Shown: positions 16,743-24,750, numbered from the stretch's first letter. The stretch is DNA of 64,000 nucleotides from an uncultured Acidobacteriota bacterium (GCA_963817465.1 CAWFOP010000007.1:302856-366855), one strand, 5' to 3'. Numbers and translations: made by a program. Notes: generated by a model from the sequence alone, not told the origin.

Positions 16743-16758
16743 TGGCGCACGGATTGCC
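16743..16758 (+). promoter_or_regulatory. candidate sigma54 -24/-12 promoter P5 (TGGCGCACGGATTGCC)
   Basis: The best match of the five to TGGCAC-N5-TTGC. It lies 80 nt upstream of ATG 16838 and 121 nt downstream of D5. Confidence 0.55.
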
Positions 16759-16837
16759 GTCACTCACGAACGTGAGACGTCGATCGCCAAAAAGTCGTGC
16801 GACGAATGATCGCACAAGAGTTAGAACGGAGAACGTT

Positions 16838-17614
16838 ATGAGTTACTTGAAAATTGCAACGATCGGCTTGTCCCTGGCGCTTCTTGGCGCCGTGATATTG
16901 CCAAACGCTTCGGCGGATGAATGGAATCGAAAGACCGTGGTCACATTCAGTGGGCCCGTGGAGATTCCGGGAGTTCACCTGACGGGCTGGGGCGTATTGC
17001 CGGCGGGCACATACGTGTTCAAGATCCTGGACTCGCAGTCCAATCGGCACATCCTGCAGATCTTCAACAAGGAAGAAACGCAGGTTTATGCCACGATCCT
17101 CGCCATCCCCAACTATCGCCTCAAGGCGACCGACAAGACCGTGATCACCTTCAGCGAGAGGCCGGCCGGAGAGCCGGAGGCGCTCCGCGCCTGGTTCTAT
17201 CCGGGGAGGAACTGGGGCGAGGAGTTCGTGTATCCGAAGCAGAGAGCGATCGAGCTCGCGAAAGAGACCAACCAGGTCGTTCTCTTCACGCCCGCTGAGA
17301 TCGAAGAAGAAGTCGCCGAGCCGATCGAGTCGGCGGCGGAGCCTGTAGTGGTAGAGCTGAAGCAGGCGCCTGTGAAGGCAATCAATCCTAGCGGCGAAGA
17401 GGTTGAACTGGCCCAGGCGGTGACGCCTCCCCCAGCCGCGGAGGTCGCGCAGGCGCCCGCACCGGCTCGGCGCCGGACACCCGTACAAACGGCGCAGAAC
17501 ATTCCGCAGACTCTCCCGAATACGGCGGGCCTGTTGCCGCTGTTCGGGCTGTTCGGAATGCTGGCTTTAGGCGGAGGCGCGGCGCTCCGGCTTGTACGGC
17601 GTCGCATCGGCTAA
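16838..17614 (+). CDS. secreted acidobacterial protein with LPNTAG + hydrophobic + RRR C-terminal sorting-signal-like tail
   Basis: Signal peptide MSYLKIATIGLSLALLGAVILPNASA. Conserved-looking N-domain (TVVTFSGPVEIPG..YVFKILDSQSNRHILQIFNK..). C-terminus QTLPNTAGLLPLFGLFGMLALGGGAALRLVRRRIG. Confidence 0.7.
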   Translation: MSYLKIATIGLSLALLGAVILPNASADEWNRKTVVTFSGPVEIPGVHLTGWGVLPAGTYVFKILDSQSNRHILQIFNKEETQVYATILAIPNYRLKATDKTVITFSERPAGEPEALRAWFYPGRNWGEEFVYPKQRAIELAKETNQVVLFTPAEIEEEVAEPIESAAEPVVVELKQAPVKAINPSGEEVELAQAVTPPPAAEVAQAPAPARRRTPVQTAQNIPQTLPNTAGLLPLFGLFGMLALGGGAALRLVRRRIG

Positions 17615-17761
17615 GTACTCGGTAACGGAATGGGCCATCCGGCGCGTCACCCGGCGCGCCGCTGGTCCTTTCTTGCGGGGGTCGCCGTAAGCGCCTCGCA
17701 AACGGAGCTCAACGACGGCGAAGTTCAGCAGGCGCGCGTGGCGCCGGCGCACGGGAGTGAG

Positions 17762-18313
17762 ATGAGCGTATCGATGATTGACGACGACAATGTGGTGGCG
17801 GTCTTCAGCGCGAATGCGAGGGTGGAAAGCGCCGTTCAAACGCTTCGGAAGTCCGGTTACGACATCCGCAAAATATCGATTTTCCTGAACGAGGGCCGCT
17901 TCAAGCAGCGAATTGTCGGCTTCTACGGCAGGCGCGACCTCACAGGGGACTGGCGAGTTTACGGCGTTCTCTGGGGCGGCGTTCTCGCACTGCTGTTGGG
18001 AATCGCTTTATCCACGATCTCCAGGACGTGGTTCGGGTTGGGAATGATCGCTGAACCGCTGACGGTCGGGTTCGGCGCCGCCTTATGCATCGGAGGACTG
18101 GGCGCGATCAGCGCAGGCGCATACAGCATGGCCTCACCGAACCACAGCGTCCTCAAACGCAACCTTCCGATAGAGAGGATCGATGAGTTCCGCCTGGTGG
18201 CTTGCGACGCCGCGGCGGCGGCGGCGGCGCGGGACATCATCGGCGAACGGCGCCCAGCCATGTCGGGCGTGCTTTCGGGGGCGCCTGTTTACCACGCCGG
18301 AGCAGGGGCGTGA
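17762..18313 (+). CDS. membrane protein with N-terminal general-stress-protein-17M (YflT)-like domain and Gly-rich TM region
   Basis: NVVAVFSANARVESAVQTLRKSGYDIRKISIF resembles the YflT/GSP17M domain. Next come VYGVLWGGVLALLLGIAL and GFGAALCIGGLGAISAGAY. GGGAGTGAG lies upstream of ATG 17762. Confidence 0.45.
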   Translation: MSVSMIDDDNVVAVFSANARVESAVQTLRKSGYDIRKISIFLNEGRFKQRIVGFYGRRDLTGDWRVYGVLWGGVLALLLGIALSTISRTWFGLGMIAEPLTVGFGAALCIGGLGAISAGAYSMASPNHSVLKRNLPIERIDEFRLVACDAAAAAAARDIIGERRPAMSGVLSGAPVYHAGAGA

Positions 18314-18408
18314 TCCCTCGCAAGAGCCAGGGTGAGAGGGCGTTGAATGATGATCTGTCGCAATCGCCGCCTCGGAAACGACGGGAGCTAGGAACCAAGG
18401 TTAGACCC

Positions 18409-20142
18409 ATGAAAGATACCCATGTCGGCGCGCCTGTCCCTAGACGAAATCGGAGTCCGATCAGGCCCGGCCGGCATGAAACCAAAGCGCGTGGAATGGC
18501 CGTGCTCACTACGCCCCTGATCAACAAGGGGACGGCCTTCACGACGGAGGAGCGAATTGATCTGGGCCTCACCGGCCTGCTCCCTCCGGCCATCAGCACT
18601 CTGGAAGATCAAACGCGGCGCGCCTACATTCAATACCAGCGGCTGCTCGATCCGTTGAGCAAGAACGTCTACTTGACTGCGTTGCACGACCGCAACGAGG
18701 TTCTGTTCTACCGGCTGCTCGCCGATCATCTGCGGGAGATGATCCCCATCGTCAACGACCTGACCGTGGGTCTGGCCGTGGAGCGATATCACCATGAGTT
18801 CCGGCGGCCCGGAGGCGTGTATCTGTCAATCGACCACCCTGAAGAGATCGAGGAGGCGCTTGGAAATCTCCACGCCGGCCCGGACGACATCGACCTCGTC
18901 GTCGCGACCGATGGCGCGCAGGTTCTGGGCCTCGGCGACTGGGGTGTCGGCGCCATCGAGATTTCGATCGGCAAGCTGGCGATCTTTACCGCCGCCGGAG
19001 GAATCGACCCGTTGCGGGGGATCCCGGTCGTGCTCGACGTCGGCACCAATCGGGAAAGCCTGCTCAACGATCCGATGTATATCGGGAACCGGCACGGCCG
19101 GGTGGGCGGGGAGCGCTATGACGCATTTATCGACGCTTACGTCCAAGCGGTGCGGAAGTTCTTTCCGAAGGCCGTGCTGAACTGGGCGGACTTTACAAGC
19201 GCCAGCGGCCGCCGCATTCTCGAGAAGTACCGCGGCGAGTCTCCGACCTTCAACGACGAACTGCAGGGCACCGGCGCCATAACGCTCGCGGCCGCGATCT
19301 CTGCAGGGCGCGTCTGCGGAGCGCCGCTGCGAAACCAACGCGTCGTGATCTTCGGCGCGGGTGTGGCCGGCATCGGAATCGCCGACCAGCTCCGCGACGC
19401 CATGGTGCGGGAAGGCCTGTCGAAGCAGGATGCGATCGCGCGCATCTGGTGCGTGGACCGGGCCGGACTTCTCCGCGAAGACATGGCGGGAGTTCAGCTC
19501 GACCCCTACCAGGCGCCGTACGCCCGCCCGAAGGCGGACGCTCACGCCTGGCAACGCTATGGAGCCGACATCGGCCTGGCCGAAGTCGTGCACCAAATAC
19601 ATCCGACGATGCTGGTCGGCGCGTCGGCTTCTCCCGGCGCCTTCACGAAGGCGATCGTCCAAGAGATGGCCGCCCACGCGCCGCGGCCGATCATTTTTCC
19701 GATTTCGAGCCCCGCCTCGCTGGCCGAGGCGACGCCGGCCGACCTGATCGCATGGACCAACGGCCGCGCCCTGGTCGCCACCGGCAGCTCCTTCCCTCCT
19801 GTCACCCACAAGGGAACGACCTACGTCATCGGCAACGTCAGCAACGCACTACTCTATCCGGGGCTGAGCCTCGGCGTCATCGTATCCCGGGCCAGGCGAA
19901 TCACGGACGGCATGTTGGCCGCGGCGGCGAACGCCGTATCCAGCCTCGTCGCCGTTCATTTGCCTGGAGCGTCCTTGCTCCCCCATGTGGACAACTTGCG
20001 CGGCGTCTCATCGACAGTAGCCCTCGCGGTAGCCGCGGCGGCGGTGGCGGAAGGGGTTGCCGACTTCAGGCCGGGCGACATCGTTCAACAAGTGCTTGAG
20101 GCGATGTGGAAACCCGAGTACTGCCCGCTGCGGGCGATTTGA
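18409..20142 (+). CDS. NAD(P)-dependent malic enzyme (large, SfcA/MaeA type)
   Basis: LINKGTAFTTEERIDLGLTGLLPP.., VATDGAQVLGLGDWGVGAIEISIGKL, FNDELQGTG, VIFGAGVAGIGIA. The start (ATG 18409) is uncertain. Confidence 0.85.
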   Translation: MKDTHVGAPVPRRNRSPIRPGRHETKARGMAVLTTPLINKGTAFTTEERIDLGLTGLLPPAISTLEDQTRRAYIQYQRLLDPLSKNVYLTALHDRNEVLFYRLLADHLREMIPIVNDLTVGLAVERYHHEFRRPGGVYLSIDHPEEIEEALGNLHAGPDDIDLVVATDGAQVLGLGDWGVGAIEISIGKLAIFTAAGGIDPLRGIPVVLDVGTNRESLLNDPMYIGNRHGRVGGERYDAFIDAYVQAVRKFFPKAVLNWADFTSASGRRILEKYRGESPTFNDELQGTGAITLAAAISAGRVCGAPLRNQRVVIFGAGVAGIGIADQLRDAMVREGLSKQDAIARIWCVDRAGLLREDMAGVQLDPYQAPYARPKADAHAWQRYGADIGLAEVVHQIHPTMLVGASASPGAFTKAIVQEMAAHAPRPIIFPISSPASLAEATPADLIAWTNGRALVATGSSFPPVTHKGTTYVIGNVSNALLYPGLSLGVIVSRARRITDGMLAAAANAVSSLVAVHLPGASLLPHVDNLRGVSSTVALAVAAAAVAEGVADFRPGDIVQQVLEAMWKPEYCPLRAI

Positions 20143-20418
20143 CAAGGAGTACCGTCCAACTTGGCAGACGCGGCGCCTGTTTGCGGCAGCGTTCGCGGGT
20201 CGGGGCGACGGCCCGGATGGTAACGATTCTGTCCGTCGCAAGGGCGCCCTAGTCTCTGAACGCTGTCCGATGCTGTGCGATGTTGCCGGAGCAGTCCGTT
20301 GATCATATATGTCACACCTCCCCCATCAGGCGTCTCAGGTTCGAAGCGTGCCCAAGGCTCAGCGCGTCATTCTTGGCGCTCGCCCCGTCACCGCTTACGA
20401 GGCCGCCGCTGCCTGACT

Positions 20419-20452
20419 CAACCATATACGGTCATTTGACGATGGGGCGTCA
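20419..20452. promoter_or_regulatory. tandem dyad pair D3: CAACC-ATATAC-GGTCA / TGACG-ATGGGG-CGTCA
   Basis: Perfect dyad at 20437-20452; its ATGGGG spacer is identical to that of D2. An 8/10 copy at 20419-20434 is offset by 18 bp. Confidence 0.5.
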
Positions 20453-20564
20453 GTTCCGCCTCGGCACAGATCGGCTCTACAAACCAGCCCGCTCTCTACT
20501 GCGGCGGCGGTAACCGGCGCGGTTTCAGTGTGAGCTCCGCGCGCTCGACGCCCGGCGTCGTGAT

Positions 20565-20580
20565 TGGCCATCAGAGTGCG
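20565..20580 (+). promoter_or_regulatory. candidate sigma54 -24/-12 promoter P3 (TGGCCATCAGAGTGCG), no obvious intact gene downstream
   Basis: GG-N10-GC with GTGC at -12. The preceding GATTGG is identical to that of P2. Confidence 0.35.
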
Positions 20581-20833
20581 CTAAGGTTCGCCGGGAACGA
20601 TTCCGTGTCGAGAAAAACACGCGCCCTGGCGTTGGGCCAGTCAAACGCCGATAGGCAAGAGGGCGCTGTCCAGCTAGGGCAAGCCGCCGTCAAAGGCGTG
20701 TCGGACGGGCTCGGCGCCACCCCCGCCCAGGTGAAAGGGTTCCGGCGGTTGGCGGAAGCGACGCTGAATCCAGCGCGTTGGCTCGCCTCCATGAAGCGCA
20801 ACTCGAGATTTATGTCCGCGTGAGGCGCCGCTC

Positions 20834-20950
20834 ATGATACAAGCTCAATACACAGCGACCTACCACCGGGGCTACTCCAAGACCCTGGGATTCATGCAGT
20901 CACGCGGGATGTCTCTCGGCGTATCCGAGGACTTGGCCCAGGGCGCCAAT
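20834..20950 (+). pseudogene. truncated paralog of the ECF sigma factor (N-terminal ~37 codons only)
   Basis: MIQAQYTATYHRGYSKTLGFMQSRGMSLGVSEDLAQGA aligns with MTRQQYAAAYNHGYPKTIGFMLSRGASRDISEDMAQAA of the 15944 gene. Similarity stops about 50 nt before the convergent GH gene ends. Confidence 0.5.
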
Positions 20951-20995
20951 CCGAAGTCGCACGTCCGGCGCGTACGACTCCTCCTCAATCAGATT

Positions 20996-22171
20996 TCAGG
21001 GCCGGCGCACTATGGCTTCGAGGAATGGCGTTTGGCCTCGTTCCACAGCGACGGCCGCATAAAGGTACATTGCCGCTGACCAACTCTGCCAATCCTGCCC
21101 TCGCGCGACGCCGTCCGAAGCGCCAAACCATTCGTTGAAACCGTAAGGCAACGACGCGTCGCGCCCCCGCCCGACCAGTTCGGTCAGCGCCGCCAGTTTT
21201 TCGCACGCCAGTTCCCGGCGGCCCGCGGCCACTAGCGCGGCGACATAGAACCCGCAGACGAAAGGCCAGACTCCCCCGTTGTGGTATTCGCCCGGCAGGT
21301 TGAAACGCTCGTACCGGGGTCGCCAATCCGGATCTTCGCGTTGGATATAGGGGAATAGGCACGGCGGCAGATCGAGCGCCAGAAAGCCGCGCTCCCGCAG
21401 CGCCTTGCACTCCGCTTCAACCCACGCCACAATCGCCTGCGCTCGCGATGGTGACGCCAAGCCGCTGAGGATCGCCAGGGAGTTGCCCAGAAGGTCGAAT
21501 CGTTCACTATTGCTGACCTTATAAGCCCAAAGGGCATAGTATGGCTTGTTCGCCACGGTGAGCCCCTCATGCACGTGGCGCATCCCCTCCCCGCCGCGAA
21601 TGTCGAGACAATCCAGGATCGCCGCTACCCCCTCAGCCTCCTGGTCCAAACCGTACAGCCTGAGATACATGTAGACCAAGGCGTTCACATACAGCCCGTA
21701 CCCTAGAACCCATTGCTCGTCCCGCCAATCGCTCGTCGGCAGTTGCGCAACGACGATCATGTCGTCCGGACTCTGGTAGCGCATCCACTGCATCGCCAAA
21801 CTCACTGCCGACTCTAGAAAACGAGCTTCTCCCGTTTTGCGCCGATACAGCGCAACGCCGATCAAAAACAGGGGCGTCGTGTCACTCGCGCCGCGGTCGT
21901 CGGGATCGTGCACCAAGGACGGGATATGTCCGAGTCGAGTCTGTGTCACCGCAAGCTTTTCCAGCACGCGCCGCAACGATGCGGTCAGATCCTCGTCCTC
22001 GCTGACAAGAACCCCGAAAGCGGCGATCATGAGGTCTCGCGTGTAAGGTTCCGGATATCCCCACCCAGCGGTCCGAGGCAAGTCCTCGAACGGCCCGTGA
22101 GCGTTGTGCCGCAGCACGTTCAGCGCCGCCTGCTTCATTTCGTCGATCCGCGGTTGAGAGAAGGCGGACAT
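20996..22171 (-). CDS. (alpha/alpha)6-barrel glycoside hydrolase, GH100 (neutral invertase)/amylo-alpha-1,6-glucosidase-like
   Basis: GEYHNGGVWPFVCGFYVAALV, SDWRDEQWVLGYGLYVNALVY and QDWQSWSAAMYLYA are typical of this fold. Specificity is unknown. Confidence 0.6.
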   Translation of the reverse strand: MSAFSQPRIDEMKQAALNVLRHNAHGPFEDLPRTAGWGYPEPYTRDLMIAAFGVLVSEDEDLTASLRRVLEKLAVTQTRLGHIPSLVHDPDDRGASDTTPLFLIGVALYRRKTGEARFLESAVSLAMQWMRYQSPDDMIVVAQLPTSDWRDEQWVLGYGLYVNALVYMYLRLYGLDQEAEGVAAILDCLDIRGGEGMRHVHEGLTVANKPYYALWAYKVSNSERFDLLGNSLAILSGLASPSRAQAIVAWVEAECKALRERGFLALDLPPCLFPYIQREDPDWRPRYERFNLPGEYHNGGVWPFVCGFYVAALVAAGRRELACEKLAALTELVGRGRDASLPYGFNEWFGASDGVARGQDWQSWSAAMYLYAAVAVERGQTPFLEAIVRRP

Positions 22172-22175
22172 GGCG

Positions 22176-23318
22176 CTACCGGATACCGAGCCGTGTTGTC
22201 ATCAAGCTCACAAAGCGTTTCGCCACGACGCGATAGTCGAACAGCTCGACAGCCCGCCGCCTGCCCGCTTCGCCCATGCGCCGGCGCAGCTCGCCGTCTT
22301 GCATTAGATCCATCAAGTAGTTCGCAATGTCGTGTACGCTCGCCCGGTACTCCGCCGTCCGGCCGCCGGCGAAGACGACGCGGTGCCCTTCTTCAAAACC
22401 CGACTCGTCCCCCAGCGTGGCTTCTTGGATGCGCACCTCTTGCGCAACGCCTGCAAGCAGCGCCGTCTCGCCGTGGACAAGGGTATCGAGCATACCCATC
22501 GCCCTGATTCCGATGACCGGTTTGCCGCACGCACCCGCTTCCACCTGAACCATTCCAAAGCCTTCGAGCCTTGACGGGCCTGCGTAGATGTCGCAGGCCG
22601 CGAGCAGATACGGCATGAAGTTGCGAGAAATGATACTGGTCGTAAATGTGACGCTCTTGTCGATCCCCAGGTGGGAGGCGAGCCGCAAATCAATCTCGTT
22701 TTGCAGATTGGTGCGGGACTGCGGCCAGACCTTGCATACATACTTCCAGTCGGGAGCTTTTTGCCCGTTGACCGCGAGGGCCTGCATGACCTCTTGGGCG
22801 CCCTTGGATGTTGCGTCTCCTCCCACGGTCAGCACCAAGAGTTGTCCCGGCGCCATGCCGAGCACCTCGCGCACGGCTTGGACCTTGGGATCGAACGAAT
22901 CGCGCGGCACGAAGGCGTCGGTATCGCAACCGACCGGCAAGACCTCGATGTTGCTTCCATCGATCCCGTCGCGAACGTACATCTCCTTGACCCAATTAGA
23001 AGTCACCAGGATCAACGGCAAGGCGTTGAGCACCTCGTGGTAGTTCGCGATATAGCCGTCCGCAACCAGCCACGGGACAGGCTGCGCTCCGTGTCGTTGC
23101 GGATGCAGCACCAATTGAGGCGTGTGGCCCCAATACCCGATGCCCAACACCACATCGGGTTTGAACCAGCGGTAGTACCACTCCTTCTCCTGGGCCGATT
23201 CGAAATTAACCGATCGGGCGTCCACGCCGATCTCCGTCAGGCCGCGGGCGATCAGAGCGCCCTGGGTGGCAAGCCCGCCGGGCGAGGCCGGATAGTCATA
23301 GAGAACGAGAACTTTCAT
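22176..23318 (-). CDS. GT4-family glycosyltransferase
   Basis: 380 aa. C-terminal GT-B signature: PSRLEGFGMVQVEAGACGKPVIGIRAMGMLDTLVHGETALL (EX7E region). Confidence 0.8.
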   Translation of the reverse strand: MKVLVLYDYPASPGGLATQGALIARGLTEIGVDARSVNFESAQEKEWYYRWFKPDVVLGIGYWGHTPQLVLHPQRHGAQPVPWLVADGYIANYHEVLNALPLILVTSNWVKEMYVRDGIDGSNIEVLPVGCDTDAFVPRDSFDPKVQAVREVLGMAPGQLLVLTVGGDATSKGAQEVMQALAVNGQKAPDWKYVCKVWPQSRTNLQNEIDLRLASHLGIDKSVTFTTSIISRNFMPYLLAACDIYAGPSRLEGFGMVQVEAGACGKPVIGIRAMGMLDTLVHGETALLAGVAQEVRIQEATLGDESGFEEGHRVVFAGGRTAEYRASVHDIANYLMDLMQDGELRRRMGEAGRRRAVELFDYRVVAKRFVSLMTTRLGIR

Positions 23319-23341
23319 GTTCGGCCTGTGTCTGGGCGTCG

Positions 23342-24028
23342 CTATTTGCCGGGTGGCTCCGGAATGCGCTCGCGCTCCACCCAGCGGCGAGCGGTCTCAG
23401 GATCGCTGAAGCCCCAGAACGCCTCGCAGCGCGGAGTCGTCCGAGCCTCCCAACTGTCGGGGCTGAAGCCGTAACCTTCGGTCATGAGGCGGTACTTTTG
23501 GAGCCAAATACTCTCGCTCAGCTCTTCGCGGATCGGCGCCTCCGGCTGCGCGCGCGGCAAGTATGCGCCGCCGCCATCCTCGAATCCGAAAAGCCACAAA
23601 GACTCGGTCGAAAGCGAGCCATCCGCCCACAAGCCGACGACCGCGCGACAAGTCTCCTCATGACGGCGGTGCCGCGTGTACTCGCCTCGTGGGCCGTGCG
23701 TCAGGACCACGCCGTACGTGGCCGCGGGAAGCTGTGAAAGAATGGCCTGCCGAACCTGAGCGTCATCCAAGGGGAACTGCTCCGGACCGTCGTCGAGCGC
23801 GCCCATTGAACCCACCGCGCCGAGTTCCGCCGCCACGCGCCGAAACCTAGGCGCACGGTCGGGATCGTCGGAGCGGGTGAGCGAAGCGACGTGCCACCGC
23901 CAGCGCGGTCGCAGCAGGATGGCGCCGCCGGCCCACAGAACCTCGTCGTCCGGGTGAGCGACAACTACCGCCGCCCCGGCGGAAGAGGCTCCCGGCCCGC
24001 TAGGCAACGACGCACTCACTCCCCGCAT
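23342..24028 (-). CDS. PIG-L/LmbE-family N-acetylglucosaminyl deacetylase
   Basis: VVVAHPDDEVLWAGGAI (the PIG-L signature AHPDDE) and ..LTHGPRGEYTRHRRHEE. Confidence 0.8.
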   Translation of the reverse strand: MRGVSASLPSGPGASSAGAAVVVAHPDDEVLWAGGAILLRPRWRWHVASLTRSDDPDRAPRFRRVAAELGAVGSMGALDDGPEQFPLDDAQVRQAILSQLPAATYGVVLTHGPRGEYTRHRRHEETCRAVVGLWADGSLSTESLWLFGFEDGGGAYLPRAQPEAPIREELSESIWLQKYRLMTEGYGFSPDSWEARTTPRCEAFWGFSDPETARRWVERERIPEPPGK

Positions 24029-24052
24029 GCAGGCTCCATTTGATTGCTGCTG

Positions 24053-24415
24053 TCACCGCGGCTCCCGCGCCGCCTTGATTGCCTGATAGCGCACGTCATG
24101 AAAGATCATCCGCCTCACTTGGTCGGTGATCTCCTGCCAAAACTTGATGAAGTATCCGGCCCGTTGAATGCCCATGACCTCGTATCTCTTGTCTTCGAGG
24201 ATTGCGATCACGGCTTCGGTCTCGGCGCGCTTGGCGGCGGTCTGTTTGACGGCAACGGTTCGAAATGAAGCGGCGACGCCGTCGAATTCGTCGTTCACTT
24301 CGCGCTTGATACGTTCAGCCCACTCCACCTGACTTGGCGTGCCATGCAGCGTCGCCGCCAGGCCGCCAAGAGCCGCTCCGCCGTCGTCTTCCCACTTTGC
24401 GAGATCGCAGGTCAC
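24053..24415 (-). CDS. hypothetical protein (120 aa)
   Basis: GTG start with GAGGAA upstream. Contains GTPSQVEWAERIKREVNDEF. No family could be assigned. Confidence 0.45.
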   Translation of the reverse strand: MTCDLAKWEDDGGAALGGLAATLHGTPSQVEWAERIKREVNDEFDGVAASFRTVAVKQTAAKRAETEAVIAILEDKRYEVMGIQRAGYFIKFWQEITDQVRRMIFHDVRYQAIKAAREPR

Positions 24416-24449
24416 AGGGCGCTTCCTCGGTCTTTTGTCTCACCTTTTC

Positions 24450-24671
24450 CTAACGCACGACCGACGCGATCGTCAGGGTCGAGAAGCGACGCCAGGATAT
24501 CCGGGCCAAGACCACGCAAAGCGCACTCAGGCCCAACGCAATGCCTGCGGGCACAAAGCCGACCGGACGAGACAACACCAGCATCGCCGGACTGAAGACG
24601 AAAGCGACTACAAGCAAGGCAACCGTCAGGTTGTAGTCCGTCCCGGTATAGGTTTGGCGAGATTTGGTCAT
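24450..24671 (-). CDS. small two-TM membrane protein (73 aa)
   Basis: ATG 24671 with GGGAGG 7 nt upstream. NLTVALLVVAFVFSPAMLVL and GFVPAGIALGLSALCVVLA. Confidence 0.5.
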   Translation of the reverse strand: MTKSRQTYTGTDYNLTVALLVVAFVFSPAMLVLSRPVGFVPAGIALGLSALCVVLARISWRRFSTLTIASVVR

Positions 24672-24700
24672 TGGCAACCTCCCGGTTGTCGAGTAGATCG

Positions 24701-24723
24701 AGGGCAGAGGCGGGATCGAACCG
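24701..24723 (-). other. tRNA 3'-end-like fragment (T-loop + 3' acceptor strand), possible att remnant
   Basis: The minus strand reads CGGTTCGATCCCGCCTCTGCCCT (GGTTCGATCC T-loop, 5-nt stem, 7-nt acceptor strand, discriminator). There is no 5' half and no cloverleaf. Confidence 0.4.
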
Positions 24724-24750
24724 TTCTATTTGGACAGAGTTCTATTTGGA
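24723..24750. repeat. 12-bp direct repeat GTTCTATTTGGA x2 (4-nt spacer) in AT-rich divergent promoter region
   Basis: Read directly: 24723-24734 and 24739-24750. Confidence 0.85.

Noticed and set aside
16504-16809. 101-aa ORF ATGA-coupled to the sigma-factor stop (considered as a possible anti-sigma factor, CCRCG..H)
   Set aside because: The interval holds the D5 dyad pair, a perfect 10-bp hairpin and the P5 -24/-12 element. There is no TM segment or HxxxCxxC motif. It is more plausibly regulatory DNA, although a short coupled peptide cannot be excluded.
20530-20823. 97-aa + ORF in the gap after the malic enzyme gene
   Set aside because: It contains the P3 promoter-like element inside it. 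It has no RBS, no domain and no hydrophobic character like the other regulon products. It is kept only as a possible target of P3 in the orphan-site finding.
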